Shown: positions 38,242 to 47,692 of the stretch, in pieces | Position numbering within the stretch: position 1 is the first letter of the stretch | How the letters are laid out: each line of letters begins with the position of its first letter | From: Longimicrobiales bacterium | Lineage (GTDB): Bacteria > Gemmatimonadota > Gemmatimonadetes > Longimicrobiales > Gaopeijiaceae | Assembly (NCBI GenBank): GCA_965204735.1 | Contig: OZ242008.1 | Span: 3,872,001-3,936,000 of the forward strand | Reading direction: 5' to 3' | DNA length: 64,000 nucleotides | The notes under the pieces: generated by a model | Seen by the model: the letters and a program-made list of their open reading frames with translations, nothing else | What the model was told of the DNA's origin: nothing | Database searches by the model: none | Program-made: the position numbers and the translations under genes

Positions 38242-39261
38242 TTGCTGCCCAAGTCCCTGGCCGCCGTCAAGGGCGGGGGCGTCTTCTACCTCCACGGCGA
38301 AGACGAGTACCAGAAGCTGGAAGCGGCCCGGGCCCTCGTCCGCCGCTACCTGGATCCTGCGACCAGCGACTTCAACTTCGACCGCCTGGAAGGCTCGGAG
38401 ACGACGGTGGACCGCTTGGCGTCGGCGATCGCGACGCCGCCGATGATGGCCGAATGGCGGGTCGTTCACGTGAAGGAGACCGAGGCGTTCGCGTCCAGCC
38501 CGAAGGCGCGGGCCGTGCTCCTCGACGCCGCCAAGAACCCGCCGCCCGGCCTGGCTCTGATCCTCCAGGCGACCGTGCCTTCCCGTTCCCGCGCTCGCTT
38601 CTACAAGGACTTGGCCAAGCTTGCCCGCTCCCACCACTTCAAGGCCGTGGCCGCCCACGAAGCGCCCGCATGGCTGGCGACGTGGGCGCAGGAAGAGCTT
38701 GGGGTCGACCTCGAGATCGACGCCGCCCGGGCGCTGGCGGGGGCGGCCGGAACCGACCTGGGGGTGCTGGTCCACGAAGTGCGGAAGCTGGCGTCGATGG
38801 TGGGCGAGGGCTCGCCGGTGGATCGGGCGGCCGTGGCCGCCGGGGGGCTCCGCATTCCGCGCCAGGACCGGTGGGAGTGGTTCGACGTCGTTGCCGAGCG
38901 GCGAGTCCCCGAGGCCGTGCGTGGCCTGGACATCCTGCTGGAGCAGGGCGAGACGCCCGTGGGACTGGTGATCGGCCTCTCCTCGCTCATGCTGCGGCTC
39001 GGCGTGGCCGTCGAAGGCGGCGCGCCGGCTCTGAACAAGGCGCTTCCTCCCTACCAGCGCTTTCTGGCTCGTCGGATCATGGGCCAGGCCCGGCGGTGGA
39101 AGTCGGCGGAAGTCGCCCGGGCGGTCCGGGGACTCCGGCGGCTGGACCAGCTCCTCAAGGCCAGCTCGATCTCCGGCGGCGTCCTGATGGAGGAGTGGCT
39201 GTGGAGCTTGGCGGTGGAGCCGAAGCAGCCGGGCCGCGGCGGCGGCAGCCGGGCCGCGTGA
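38242..39261 (+). CDS. holA: DNA polymerase III delta subunit
   Basis: [33 protein letters not shown]....EV.KL, D..LK. Confidence 0.85.
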   Translation: MLPKSLAAVKGGGVFYLHGEDEYQKLEAARALVRRYLDPATSDFNFDRLEGSETTVDRLASAIATPPMMAEWRVVHVKETEAFASSPKARAVLLDAAKNPPPGLALILQATVPSRSRARFYKDLAKLARSHHFKAVAAHEAPAWLATWAQEELGVDLEIDAARALAGAAGTDLGVLVHEVRKLASMVGEGSPVDRAAVAAGGLRIPRQDRWEWFDVVAERRVPEAVRGLDILLEQGETPVGLVIGLSSLMLRLGVAVEGGAPALNKALPPYQRFLARRIMGQARRWKSAEVARAVRGLRRLDQLLKASSISGGVLMEEWLWSLAVEPKQPGRGGGSRAA

Positions 39262-41597
39262 ACCGGGCGAGCGGGGCGGGCCGGACGGGGCGCGCGGGCC
39301 AAGGGAGCCCGACGAGCAGGGGCCGGTCGAGCGACCCGAAGCCGGTCGAGCTCTCGATCCAGGGGATGCACTGCGCGTCGTGCGTCTCGTCGGTGGAGAG
39401 GGCGCTGGCGTCGGTGGACGGCGTCGGGGCGGCCCAAGTCAACTTGGTGGACGGCTCCGCGCGGGTGCGGCCCTCCGAAGCGGCGGCGGGAGGCGCGGGC
39501 GCCCCCAATCCGAAGGCTCTGGTGCGCGCGGTCGAAGGGGCCGGCTACGAGGCCCGGGTGGTTGCGGGGATCGAGGAGGCGGTGGAGCTGGCCCGGGTCA
39601 AGGAGGCCGAGCACAACACGGGCCACAAGCTCCTCATGCGGAAGGTCAGGGTGGGCGTCTCGTTCGGCGTTGTGGTCTTCGTCATGGGCCACATCGAGTT
39701 CATCCCCGGCATGCCTCGGCCGAACAACCCGGAAGACCTTCCCTGGGCGATGATGGCGCTGACGCTGCCGCACCTCTTCTACGTCGGCAGGCAGTTCTTC
39801 ACGGGCGCATGGGCGGCGCTGAAGCGGCGCACCGCCACCATGGACACCCTGATCGCGCTGGGCACCGGGTCGGCCTGGCTCTACTCGGCCTTGGCGACTG
39901 TGGCGCCTCAGCTCTTCCCCGACGGGGCCGGACGCCCGTTCTTCGCCGCCGTCGCCGTGGTGATCACGCTGGTGGTGCTCGGCCAAGCAATGGAGTCCAA
40001 GGCCCGGGGGAAGACGGCGCGCGCCCTGCGGAGCCTCTTCAAGCTCGTGCCCGAGACGGCGGACCGGATCGTCGACGGCAAGGCCGAGACCGTGCCGGTG
40101 GCGGAAGTGGAGCCGGGCGACGTGCTTCTGGTGCGGCCCGGCGGCCGGGTCCCCTTGGACGGCCTGGTGGTCTCGGGAGAGAGCGAGGTCGACGAGTCGA
40201 TGCTCACCGGGGAGTCCGTCCCCGCCCCCAAGTTCCCCGGCGATTCGGTGACCGGCGGCACCGTGAACGGAACCGGCGCCCTGACGATGGAGGCGACCCG
40301 GGTCGGCGCCGAGACCGTCCTGGCGCGCATCGTCGAGATGGTGCGGGCGGCCCAAGCCACGAAGCCGCCGGTGCAGAGGGCCGTGGACAAGGTGGCGGGC
40401 TGGTTCGTCCCCGCCGTCGTTCTGGTCGCCGTCGCCACCTTCCTCTTCTGGCTGACGGCCGGACCTGCGCCGGCGCTTCCCTTGGCGATGACCACTGCGG
40501 TCGCGGTGCTGGTGATCGCCTGCCCGTGCGCGCTCGGGCTCGCCACCCCGATCTCGGTGATGATCGCGATCGGGAAGGCCGCCCGTCACGGCGTGCTGAT
40601 CCGCAGCGGCGAGGCCCTCCAGCGCGCCCGCCGCGTGGACACCGTCGTGCTGGACAAGACGGGCACCCTGACCACGGGCGAGCCGGAGGTGACGCTGGCT
40701 GTCGCTGGGCCGGGGTTCGACGAACGCGACCTGCTGGCGGCCGCGACCGCCGTGGAGGCCGCGTCGGAGCATCCGGCGGCCAAGGCGGTGGTGCGCTACG
40801 CCGACGGGCAGGGCGTGGAGCCGGGCGAGGCGCTTCACTTCGCGGCCCATCCGGGGCGTGGCGCGTCGGCGGTGGTGGACGGTCGGCGCGTGCTGGCGGG
40901 CTCGCCGTCGTTCCTGGAGGACGCCGGGGTCGAGGTCGCCGCCTTGCAGGACGCCCTGGACCGGGTGGCCGGCGAGGGCGCGACCCCCGTGGCAGTGGCG
41001 GTGGACGGGAAGGCGGCGGGCGTCTTCGGCGTGTCGGACGCGGTGCGGCCCGACGCGGCGGGCGTGGTGGCGCGCCTCCGGTCGGCCGGCGTCGAGGTCG
41101 TCATGCTCACCGGCGACGCCCCGGCGGCGGCGGAGCGGGTGGCCCAGGAGACGGGGATTGCCCGCGTGCGGGCCCGGGTCTCGCCGGAGGAGAAGGCCCG
41201 GGAGGTGGAGGCGCTGCGGGGCCGGGGGCGCATCGTCGCCATGGTGGGCGACGGGATCAACGACGCCCCCGCCTTGGCCGCCGCTCACGTGGGGGTCGCC
41301 ATGGGCGGAGGCACCGAAGTGGCGCTGCGCACCGGCGACGTGGCGCTGCTGGGCGACTCGCTCCGCGGCATCGAGACCCTGCTGGGCGTCTCCCGGGCCG
41401 CCCAGCGCAACATCGCCCAGAACCTGGTGGGCGCGTTCGCCTACAACGTGCTCGCGATTCCCGTGGCCGCCGGCGCCCTCTACCCGTCGCTGGGGCTGCT
41501 TCTCTCGCCGATGATCGCCGGCGCGGCGATGGCGTTCAGTTCGGTGACGGTCGTCTCCAACGCCAACCGGCTGCGCTTCTTCAAGCCGGGAGGGTGA
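39258..41597 (+). CDS. copA: Cu(I)-translocating P1B-type ATPase
   Basis: GMHCASC HMA domain, [25 protein letters not shown] and MAFSS motifs. Confidence 0.9.
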   Translation: MNRASGAGRTGRAGQGSPTSRGRSSDPKPVELSIQGMHCASCVSSVERALASVDGVGAAQVNLVDGSARVRPSEAAAGGAGAPNPKALVRAVEGAGYEARVVAGIEEAVELARVKEAEHNTGHKLLMRKVRVGVSFGVVVFVMGHIEFIPGMPRPNNPEDLPWAMMALTLPHLFYVGRQFFTGAWAALKRRTATMDTLIALGTGSAWLYSALATVAPQLFPDGAGRPFFAAVAVVITLVVLGQAMESKARGKTARALRSLFKLVPETADRIVDGKAETVPVAEVEPGDVLLVRPGGRVPLDGLVVSGESEVDESMLTGESVPAPKFPGDSVTGGTVNGTGALTMEATRVGAETVLARIVEMVRAAQATKPPVQRAVDKVAGWFVPAVVLVAVATFLFWLTAGPAPALPLAMTTAVAVLVIACPCALGLATPISVMIAIGKAARHGVLIRSGEALQRARRVDTVVLDKTGTLTTGEPEVTLAVAGPGFDERDLLAAATAVEAASEHPAAKAVVRYADGQGVEPGEALHFAAHPGRGASAVVDGRRVLAGSPSFLEDAGVEVAALQDALDRVAGEGATPVAVAVDGKAAGVFGVSDAVRPDAAGVVARLRSAGVEVVMLTGDAPAAAERVAQETGIARVRARVSPEEKAREVEALRGRGRIVAMVGDGINDAPALAAAHVGVAMGGGTEVALRTGDVALLGDSLRGIETLLGVSRAAQRNIAQNLVGAFAYNVLAIPVAAGALYPSLGLLLSPMIAGAAMAFSSVTVVSNANRLRFFKPGG

Positions 41598-41637
41598 CTG
41601 CCGGCCAGCGGCACCGGCCTCCCGGAGGCGACCGCCT

Positions 41638-42714
41638 CTACGCCTGGGAAGGCGCGACCGGCAGGCGCTCCACGACGACGATCTCGATCGCGCTTGCCGC
41701 GATGATCCTGTCCGGCAAGACAATCGCATCCATCAGCTCCCTTTTGTAGAGCTCGCCTGGGCGCGCCATCGCGACCCGGTCGTCGCCTTCCCTCGGAACC
41801 GTGAAGGCCAGCAGGTCCTTGCCGACGCTGACGGTCACCCAGAGATCGTCCCCTGCGACTCTGACCCCCGACACCGGTCGGTACGCCATGTCGGGCGGCA
41901 GCTCTTCGAACTCTCCGATGGCTTCGAGCACTTGCGCCGGTACGGCAACGCTCGCGACGTCGATGATCCGTCGCGCCTGGGCGTCGAACGACATCCTCCA
42001 GATCCCCAGGTCGACGCCGTTGCGCACGGCAACGACTTCGTTCGTTCCAGTCCGCACCAGCTGCAACCCCCAGAGGCGTTCCTCGAATTCGTCGGGAACA
42101 AGGTCGAGCTCGACCCCAGGTCCCCCACTCACCGGATGGCCGCCTCGGTCCGACAGATGAAAGAACCGCTCGTCGGGCTGCGAAAGCGTCGGCGGCCCCG
42201 CAACCGGCAACAGCAACCCCGCGTCAACGGGAGCAAAGGTGGTCGCCACGACCCCGGCGTTGGCGAGGCTCAGCGTCTTGCCCACACCGCCGTCCAAGCC
42301 CCACAGCGTTGCTCGAAGACCTTGGGGGTCGAGCACCCACACCCCCTCGGGCGCCGGTTGCAACCCACTGGGGAACTCCATCTCCGCCGGGCCGCTTCCC
42401 TGCCGCCCCATCACACCCAGCAGCCCCCCGTTCAGGTCGAAACGGTAGAGCTTCGCGGCCAGGGCGTCGAGCGCGAAGAAGCTCTGCTGGTCGTGGGCGA
42501 GGGCCAAGTCCACGAGTCCCTCGAAGACGGGTTCGCCTTCGCCGTCGGCGGGCACGGACGCGAGCACTGCTCCCGGCTCGGACTCCTCGTAGGTGAACGT
42601 CTGGACCGCCGACTTCGGCCCGGATACCTCGACATCGGTGGACAGCAGCACCAACACCACCACGGCGGGCAGAAAGAGGAACCCTGTCCAGTAGCGCCAT
42701 GCCGGCTTCATCAT
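41638..42714 (-). CDS. Membrane-anchored 6-bladed beta-propeller (NHL-like) protein
   Basis: N-terminal TM segment; GRQGSGPAEM.FP motif. Confidence 0.7.
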   Translation of the reverse strand: MMKPAWRYWTGFLFLPAVVVLVLLSTDVEVSGPKSAVQTFTYEESEPGAVLASVPADGEGEPVFEGLVDLALAHDQQSFFALDALAAKLYRFDLNGGLLGVMGRQGSGPAEMEFPSGLQPAPEGVWVLDPQGLRATLWGLDGGVGKTLSLANAGVVATTFAPVDAGLLLPVAGPPTLSQPDERFFHLSDRGGHPVSGGPGVELDLVPDEFEERLWGLQLVRTGTNEVVAVRNGVDLGIWRMSFDAQARRIIDVASVAVPAQVLEAIGEFEELPPDMAYRPVSGVRVAGDDLWVTVSVGKDLLAFTVPREGDDRVAMARPGELYKRELMDAIVLPDRIIAASAIEIVVVERLPVAPSQA

Positions 42715-42825
42715 TTCCTGGCCTCCATGCACGAGGAAGAACGAGAGTCGGTGGCACTCACGATAGTCATGGCCAGCCTCCGCAGCAACGTTAGGACGCG
42801 CGTGCGGTCCTATTCTCGATTGTGC

Positions 42826-43638
42826 TCATCTGTCTTGCGTCTTCTCGACAACGGTCTGCTGTGACGTGAAGTACGACCTAAGCTCACTTAGTGTCTCCGG
42901 TGACGTCGTTTCACAGCGCAGCGGACGACCTTTGTCTAGCAGGAGAATACGATTGCACAGCTCTGTAACACCAACGAGATCGTGGCTCGATAGCAGCACG
43001 GCCGTGCCCTGAGCGACTTTCGCCCGAAGTTTGTCAGCCAGGACTAGTTGCGATGTAGGATCAAGACCCGAAAAGGGCTCGTCTAGCACAAGCAGGCTCG
43101 TCGAGAACATCAAAGCGGATATTAGGCCGATCTTTTTCCTGGTGCCGTGGGACAGGCCTCGAATGTATCCCTGGCCCATGAGAATACTCTCGTCCACTAG
43201 CTCAAGGTGACCGGACAGTAGCTTGTCTACGTGTGAACGCTGCAGTGCATAGAACCCCCCAACAAAATGCAAGAATTCTCGAGGTGTGAGGAAGGTCGGC
43301 AGAAACGCTTCGTCAAGGTATGATCCAACTGCCGTTTTCCACGCTTGTGAACGGTGCACTGGTTCGCCGCATACTTGGACCCGTCCGCGGTCAGGGGCGA
43401 CCAAGTCAAGGACTAGACGAAGGAAGGTAGTCTTCCCGGCTCCGTTGTTACCGACCACCCCAACACAGTCACCTGTATGTACAGCAATGTGGTCGATCGA
43501 AACAGCCACCGTGTTGCCGTAGTTCTTCCTGAGATCCTGAACTTCAACAACAGGCCCACCGCCGGCCGGCCGGCCAGGTCGCACATCGTTGGCACTCTGA
43601 ATCTGGCTGTGAGGCTTCTTGCCGACTCGCTTGGTCAT
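42826..43638 (-). CDS. ABC transporter ATP-binding protein
   Basis: GNNGAGKTT, LSHG, LDEPFSGLDP, SSHD; lower GC than flanks. Confidence 0.88.
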   Translation of the reverse strand: MTKRVGKKPHSQIQSANDVRPGRPAGGGPVVEVQDLRKNYGNTVAVSIDHIAVHTGDCVGVVGNNGAGKTTFLRLVLDLVAPDRGRVQVCGEPVHRSQAWKTAVGSYLDEAFLPTFLTPREFLHFVGGFYALQRSHVDKLLSGHLELVDESILMGQGYIRGLSHGTRKKIGLISALMFSTSLLVLDEPFSGLDPTSQLVLADKLRAKVAQGTAVLLSSHDLVGVTELCNRILLLDKGRPLRCETTSPETLSELRSYFTSQQTVVEKTQDR

Positions 43639-43716
43639 GATCCTGTCTTCCGTGGTCAGTTGGAGGCGAGCGAGAATACTGTAGGCTAACCATTTCGCTG
43701 TGGGCCCGCAAGTGAT

Positions 43717-43797
43717 GTAGATCGTCCTCCGACTCACGCCGACGCGACGTGCGATCTTCGCCTTCATCGTCCCCGGGTCAAGATAGTGTCGCAACAT
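43717..43797 (-). mobile_element. Transposase N-terminal HTH remnant (IS21 IstA-like)
   Basis: MLRHYLDPGTMKAKIARRVGVSRRTIY resembles IstA N-termini; recognition from memory. Confidence 0.5.
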
Positions 43798-43828
43798 CCT
43801 CAAAGCGGTCCACGATGTAGCCGACATC

Positions 43829-45322
43829 CTACATCGTGCGAAACCCGCCGGACATATCGTATCGTCGGTGCTCTGCACACCTGACAATGTACTTGGTCCA
43901 CAAGCCACCACACGCGATTCCAGTCAAGCCAACTAGTCCTATGATGGTTGCGTATAGGTGCGTAAAGCCGACCAAGAACGGTGCAATTAGGACTAATCCG
44001 GTGCAAGCGTTTATCAGTAATGGCCGAGCCACAATCGCCCCCTCCATGCTGAATGAACTTGCTGCAATGTCGAACCTTGCCGTCTCGAAGGTGCCTGTCA
44101 GTGCATAGCTGTAGTTTGCTACTCCAATGGCATATACTCCAGTCGCCAATGTCCATATCAGTGATTGTGGATACCAAACCAGAGCTAAGACGATTGTGGC
44201 TGCAAACACACCGATTGTGCAGAGAATGCCGAGGAGGACGGCGGACCTAACTCCACTTCGGAGACCATTCGGCCATACCATCATGCCATCAAAGAAGGTG
44301 CTGTACAGTCTTAGTGAATGACCGGTGTACCCCAGTCCGGCAGCGATGATCAGTGAGCTTTGACCAAGAACCGTAAACATCCTCGTGTCCGTTCCAAAGC
44401 CGACAGCAGACAGAAACATGCCCAGCAACCCATAAACGCCCACTGCTGTCAGTAAATGCCGTGCTCGTGGATTCCTCAGAAGCAAGCGCTTTTGCAGTTG
44501 CAACATCGCTTGCCAAGGTCTGGAGGAGAAGTACGACGACGATACGACTCTTGCCGTCGCATCTCGCGTGTCCACCTGCAGTACAGCCTCAATGCGCCGC
44601 AACACCATCATTGACGCCAGGCTAGCCAGGACAACAGTCACGAGAATCGACCATCGGCCAGAGTAGCTCACGAGATAGAGGCTCGTAAGCACAGAACCCG
44701 AGATTGTTGTTGCCCACACTAGTGCCAAGAGAGGTTCCGTGGTTTGGACGTTCCGTGTGCGTACGGCTACGCCCAGCAACCAACTCGATAGGTACAACAG
44801 GATCGCAGCAACAAGCCAAGCTAGTGCTTCCAGCAGGGGCTGGAGTGTGTAGATATTGAACCACCACAGGACTACAAGAAATACACCGATGATGAAGTTG
44901 GACGGGTGCGCGGCTTTTGTGGCCAACGCGACGACAGCTATCGCACGACGCGATACGGGAACAGTCAGTAGTAGAGGCATGGCTGTCGCGGGCAATTGAA
45001 ACGCAGCATTGTGCAACACGCCGCCGACGACGCACGTCAGTATCCACGCAGTTGCTGGCACATAGACACCGGCAGGAAGGCCCAACAAAGCACGACCGAT
45101 CGGCTGCACATGATACGCAACCAGTACTGACATCACACACAACCAGAGACCAAGTGCAGTGCGAAGTACACCCTCGACGGCGCGCTCCGCAAGGCTGACT
45201 TGTCGAGCACTTCGCTTGATTCCGAGAATCAGCATTGACCACCACATTCGTGCCGTGGAGCCCGTGCGAGCCGATTTGCCGTACGAGGCGTGAGTAACGG
45301 TGTTCCAGATCACTCTCGGCAT
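43829..45322 (-). CDS. Multi-pass ABC permease (DUF5687-like)
   Basis: Many TM segments; LQKRLLLRNPR motif; adjacent ABC ATPase; lower GC. Confidence 0.65.
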   Translation of the reverse strand: MPRVIWNTVTHASYGKSARTGSTARMWWSMLILGIKRSARQVSLAERAVEGVLRTALGLWLCVMSVLVAYHVQPIGRALLGLPAGVYVPATAWILTCVVGGVLHNAAFQLPATAMPLLLTVPVSRRAIAVVALATKAAHPSNFIIGVFLVVLWWFNIYTLQPLLEALAWLVAAILLYLSSWLLGVAVRTRNVQTTEPLLALVWATTISGSVLTSLYLVSYSGRWSILVTVVLASLASMMVLRRIEAVLQVDTRDATARVVSSSYFSSRPWQAMLQLQKRLLLRNPRARHLLTAVGVYGLLGMFLSAVGFGTDTRMFTVLGQSSLIIAAGLGYTGHSLRLYSTFFDGMMVWPNGLRSGVRSAVLLGILCTIGVFAATIVLALVWYPQSLIWTLATGVYAIGVANYSYALTGTFETARFDIAASSFSMEGAIVARPLLINACTGLVLIAPFLVGFTHLYATIIGLVGLTGIACGGLWTKYIVRCAEHRRYDMSGGFRTM

Positions 45323-45328
45323 GGTCTA

Positions 45329-46648
45329 TCACAAACGGCGAGGAGGCTCGTTACCAGGGCCTGATTCATCCAGCACGGCGGTAGACGGCCTCGCCCTGAG
45401 CCACCGTACAATTTCCTTCAAGGTGGGGCGTTTGCCCTGCATGAGCGTACCGGTCTGGTAGAGGCGACCAGCTGTCCATGCCGTTCCAATCGTCGCAAAC
45501 GCCATCAGGACTAGAGACAGCATTGGCATCCAGGCGGGAACGGTGCCAGCAACAACTCTTGGGAACATCAGAATCGGCGTGAAGAACGGAAACAAAGCCA
45601 GCCAGTTCAGCCATTCTGCGTCAGGCCCGTTCATGCTGGCCGTCTGCAGGCCAAACGCTATGGCAGTGAACATAATGACAGGCATCTGGAGCTGCTGGGC
45701 ATCCTCCTCCTTGTCGCAGATCGCACCCACCGCCGCGTACAAGCCCGAGTACAGAAGATAACCCAGCACCACAAACGCCAGAAATTGGACAAGTATTCCC
45801 GCGCCAGGCAAGAACGAGAGAATCTGCTGGGTATCCACCACCGAGATACGAACAGCCACAAGAGGAAGGCCGACCACGCCAAGAAGAACAGCGCACGCAA
45901 GCCATATCCCCAACTGAGTTAGCCCCATGGCGCCCACACCCATCATTTTCCCGAGCAGAAGCCGCCAGGGCCGGACCGACACAATTACCACCTCGGCCAC
46001 GCGGTTGGCCCTTTCGCTCATCACGGACATTAGCACGGCCGTGCCGTAAAACGTTGTAGACATGAAGAGTAGAAAGGCCCCGCCAAGGCCAAGCAGTTTT
46101 ATCCTGGTTGAGAGTGATGCGCTGTCCGCAACTCCCTCTCGGTCGACCGGCTGGAAGACGAGCCTGCCGTCATTGAGGAGATCATGCCGGTCCTCCGGGA
46201 TTGCGGCATGGGACGAGCGAGCGGCTGAGGCGGCCTCCGCCACTATTCGCTTCACGAGGGCCCCCAAGACGCGATCTGGCTCGTTTTTGCTACGGTATAT
46301 GAAGGTGCCTTGGGATGCAGTCACATTGTCCAGCATCAGGTACGCTACGATCTCGTCGTCGACCAGGCGCCGGTTCAGCTCTGCCACCGCAACCCCTGAC
46401 GGCTCCGCAAGCTCTATGGAGAAGCCGACCGCTCCCAGTCCTTCGGCCACTGACGTACCCAGCGTCCTTGTGTAGTCCACAATGGCCATTTCCGGTTCGG
46501 ACTGTTCCAAGCGCGTACCCATGAAGAGGCTGAAGGCCATCAGGCCCACCATGATCAGCGGGACAATCAGCGTCGTGATGATGAACCCCTTGGTCCGCAC
46601 CCGTTCCAAGTACTCCCTCCGAACGACTGCCCAGACTTGGTTCATCAT
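45329..46648 (-). CDS. ABC-2 type permease (NatB-like)
   Basis: VVRREYLERVRTKGF, ERANRVAEV, LLGKMMG, PFFTPILMFPR. Confidence 0.88.
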   Translation of the reverse strand: MMNQVWAVVRREYLERVRTKGFIITTLIVPLIMVGLMAFSLFMGTRLEQSEPEMAIVDYTRTLGTSVAEGLGAVGFSIELAEPSGVAVAELNRRLVDDEIVAYLMLDNVTASQGTFIYRSKNEPDRVLGALVKRIVAEAASAARSSHAAIPEDRHDLLNDGRLVFQPVDREGVADSASLSTRIKLLGLGGAFLLFMSTTFYGTAVLMSVMSERANRVAEVVIVSVRPWRLLLGKMMGVGAMGLTQLGIWLACAVLLGVVGLPLVAVRISVVDTQQILSFLPGAGILVQFLAFVVLGYLLYSGLYAAVGAICDKEEDAQQLQMPVIMFTAIAFGLQTASMNGPDAEWLNWLALFPFFTPILMFPRVVAGTVPAWMPMLSLVLMAFATIGTAWTAGRLYQTGTLMQGKRPTLKEIVRWLRARPSTAVLDESGPGNEPPRRL

Positions 46649-47321
46649 TGCTCTCCGTTCACGTGACGCACAAAGATGTCATGCAGACGGGGCTCCAGTA
46701 CCTCGAAGTATCGAAGCGCTGCATCGTTGTCAGCGGCTGTCGCCAGCACTTCGCCGTGGCTCGCGCCCGGACGCAGCGACAGGTGCAGCGCGTCGCCGAC
46801 TTCCTGCACCGTGGCCACGCCCGGCCACGTGATGGTGGGCGGCGGCCCGTCGAACTCCACGGCCACCACTCCCGACCGCTCTTGCCGCTTCATCTCCTTC
46901 AGGTCCCCGTCCAGCACCTTGCGCGCCTTCGAGATCAGGCACACCCGCTCGCAGAGGCCCAGCCGCTCCAGCCACACCAGCGCCCGCCTACGGACGTCCC
47001 ACCGCTTCAAGCCCCTGATCTCCCCAGGAAGACCAGCTGGTCCACCACCTTCATCTTCTCGTAGACCCCGCGCTCCTCGGGGAGGTAGCCCACCCGGCTC
47101 CGCCGTGCGAAGTCGGGGACGCCTCCGAAAAGCTCCACCGAGCCATGGTCGGGGAGGAGGATGCCCATGATCATGCGGATCGTGGTCGTCTTGCCCGACC
47201 CGTCGGGTCCCAGCAGGCCGTAGATCGAGCCCTTGGGGATCTCGAGGTCGAACTCCGAGACGGCCGTGTGGGTTCCGAACGTCTTGGTGGCTCCGGAAAG
47301 GCGCGCTGCCAGTTGGTTCAC
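46645..47321 (-). pseudogene. ABC ATPase (NatA-like) pseudogene: frameshift plus internal deletion
   Basis: Walker A GPDGSGKTT present; frame break at a G-run near 47022; LERLGL joins directly to CERVCLI, so signature, Walker B and H-loop are absent. Confidence 0.8.
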
Positions 47322-47692
47322 GTGGCGGGTGTCTACTACTAGTGGGCGAGGGAATCGGTCCTTCGTGGCCTGCTGACGAACCAAGATCGCCGATTGGTCA
47401 CCCATGTTCCATAGCCGTATTTGTCGTTTTCCATGTCTGATTTGTTGTTTGCCGACACACCACGCGAACAGCCTGCTCGGTCGATGGCCGTCCCCCCTCC
47501 AACTCATCCTGGACCCTTCTCCTCCCGCGCTCCAGCCGTCCGACGCTCCATGCCCTCCTGTGTGCCCCCGCGCCCGGCCAACCCCCGGACCTCGCGGCCG
47601 CTTCGGAGCACGTCCGCCTCCGGGTTGACCGGCCTTCGCCGACTGTGGTACGGTGGCAGGGTCCCCGCGACCCGATCAGGTGCCGCAGCGCT

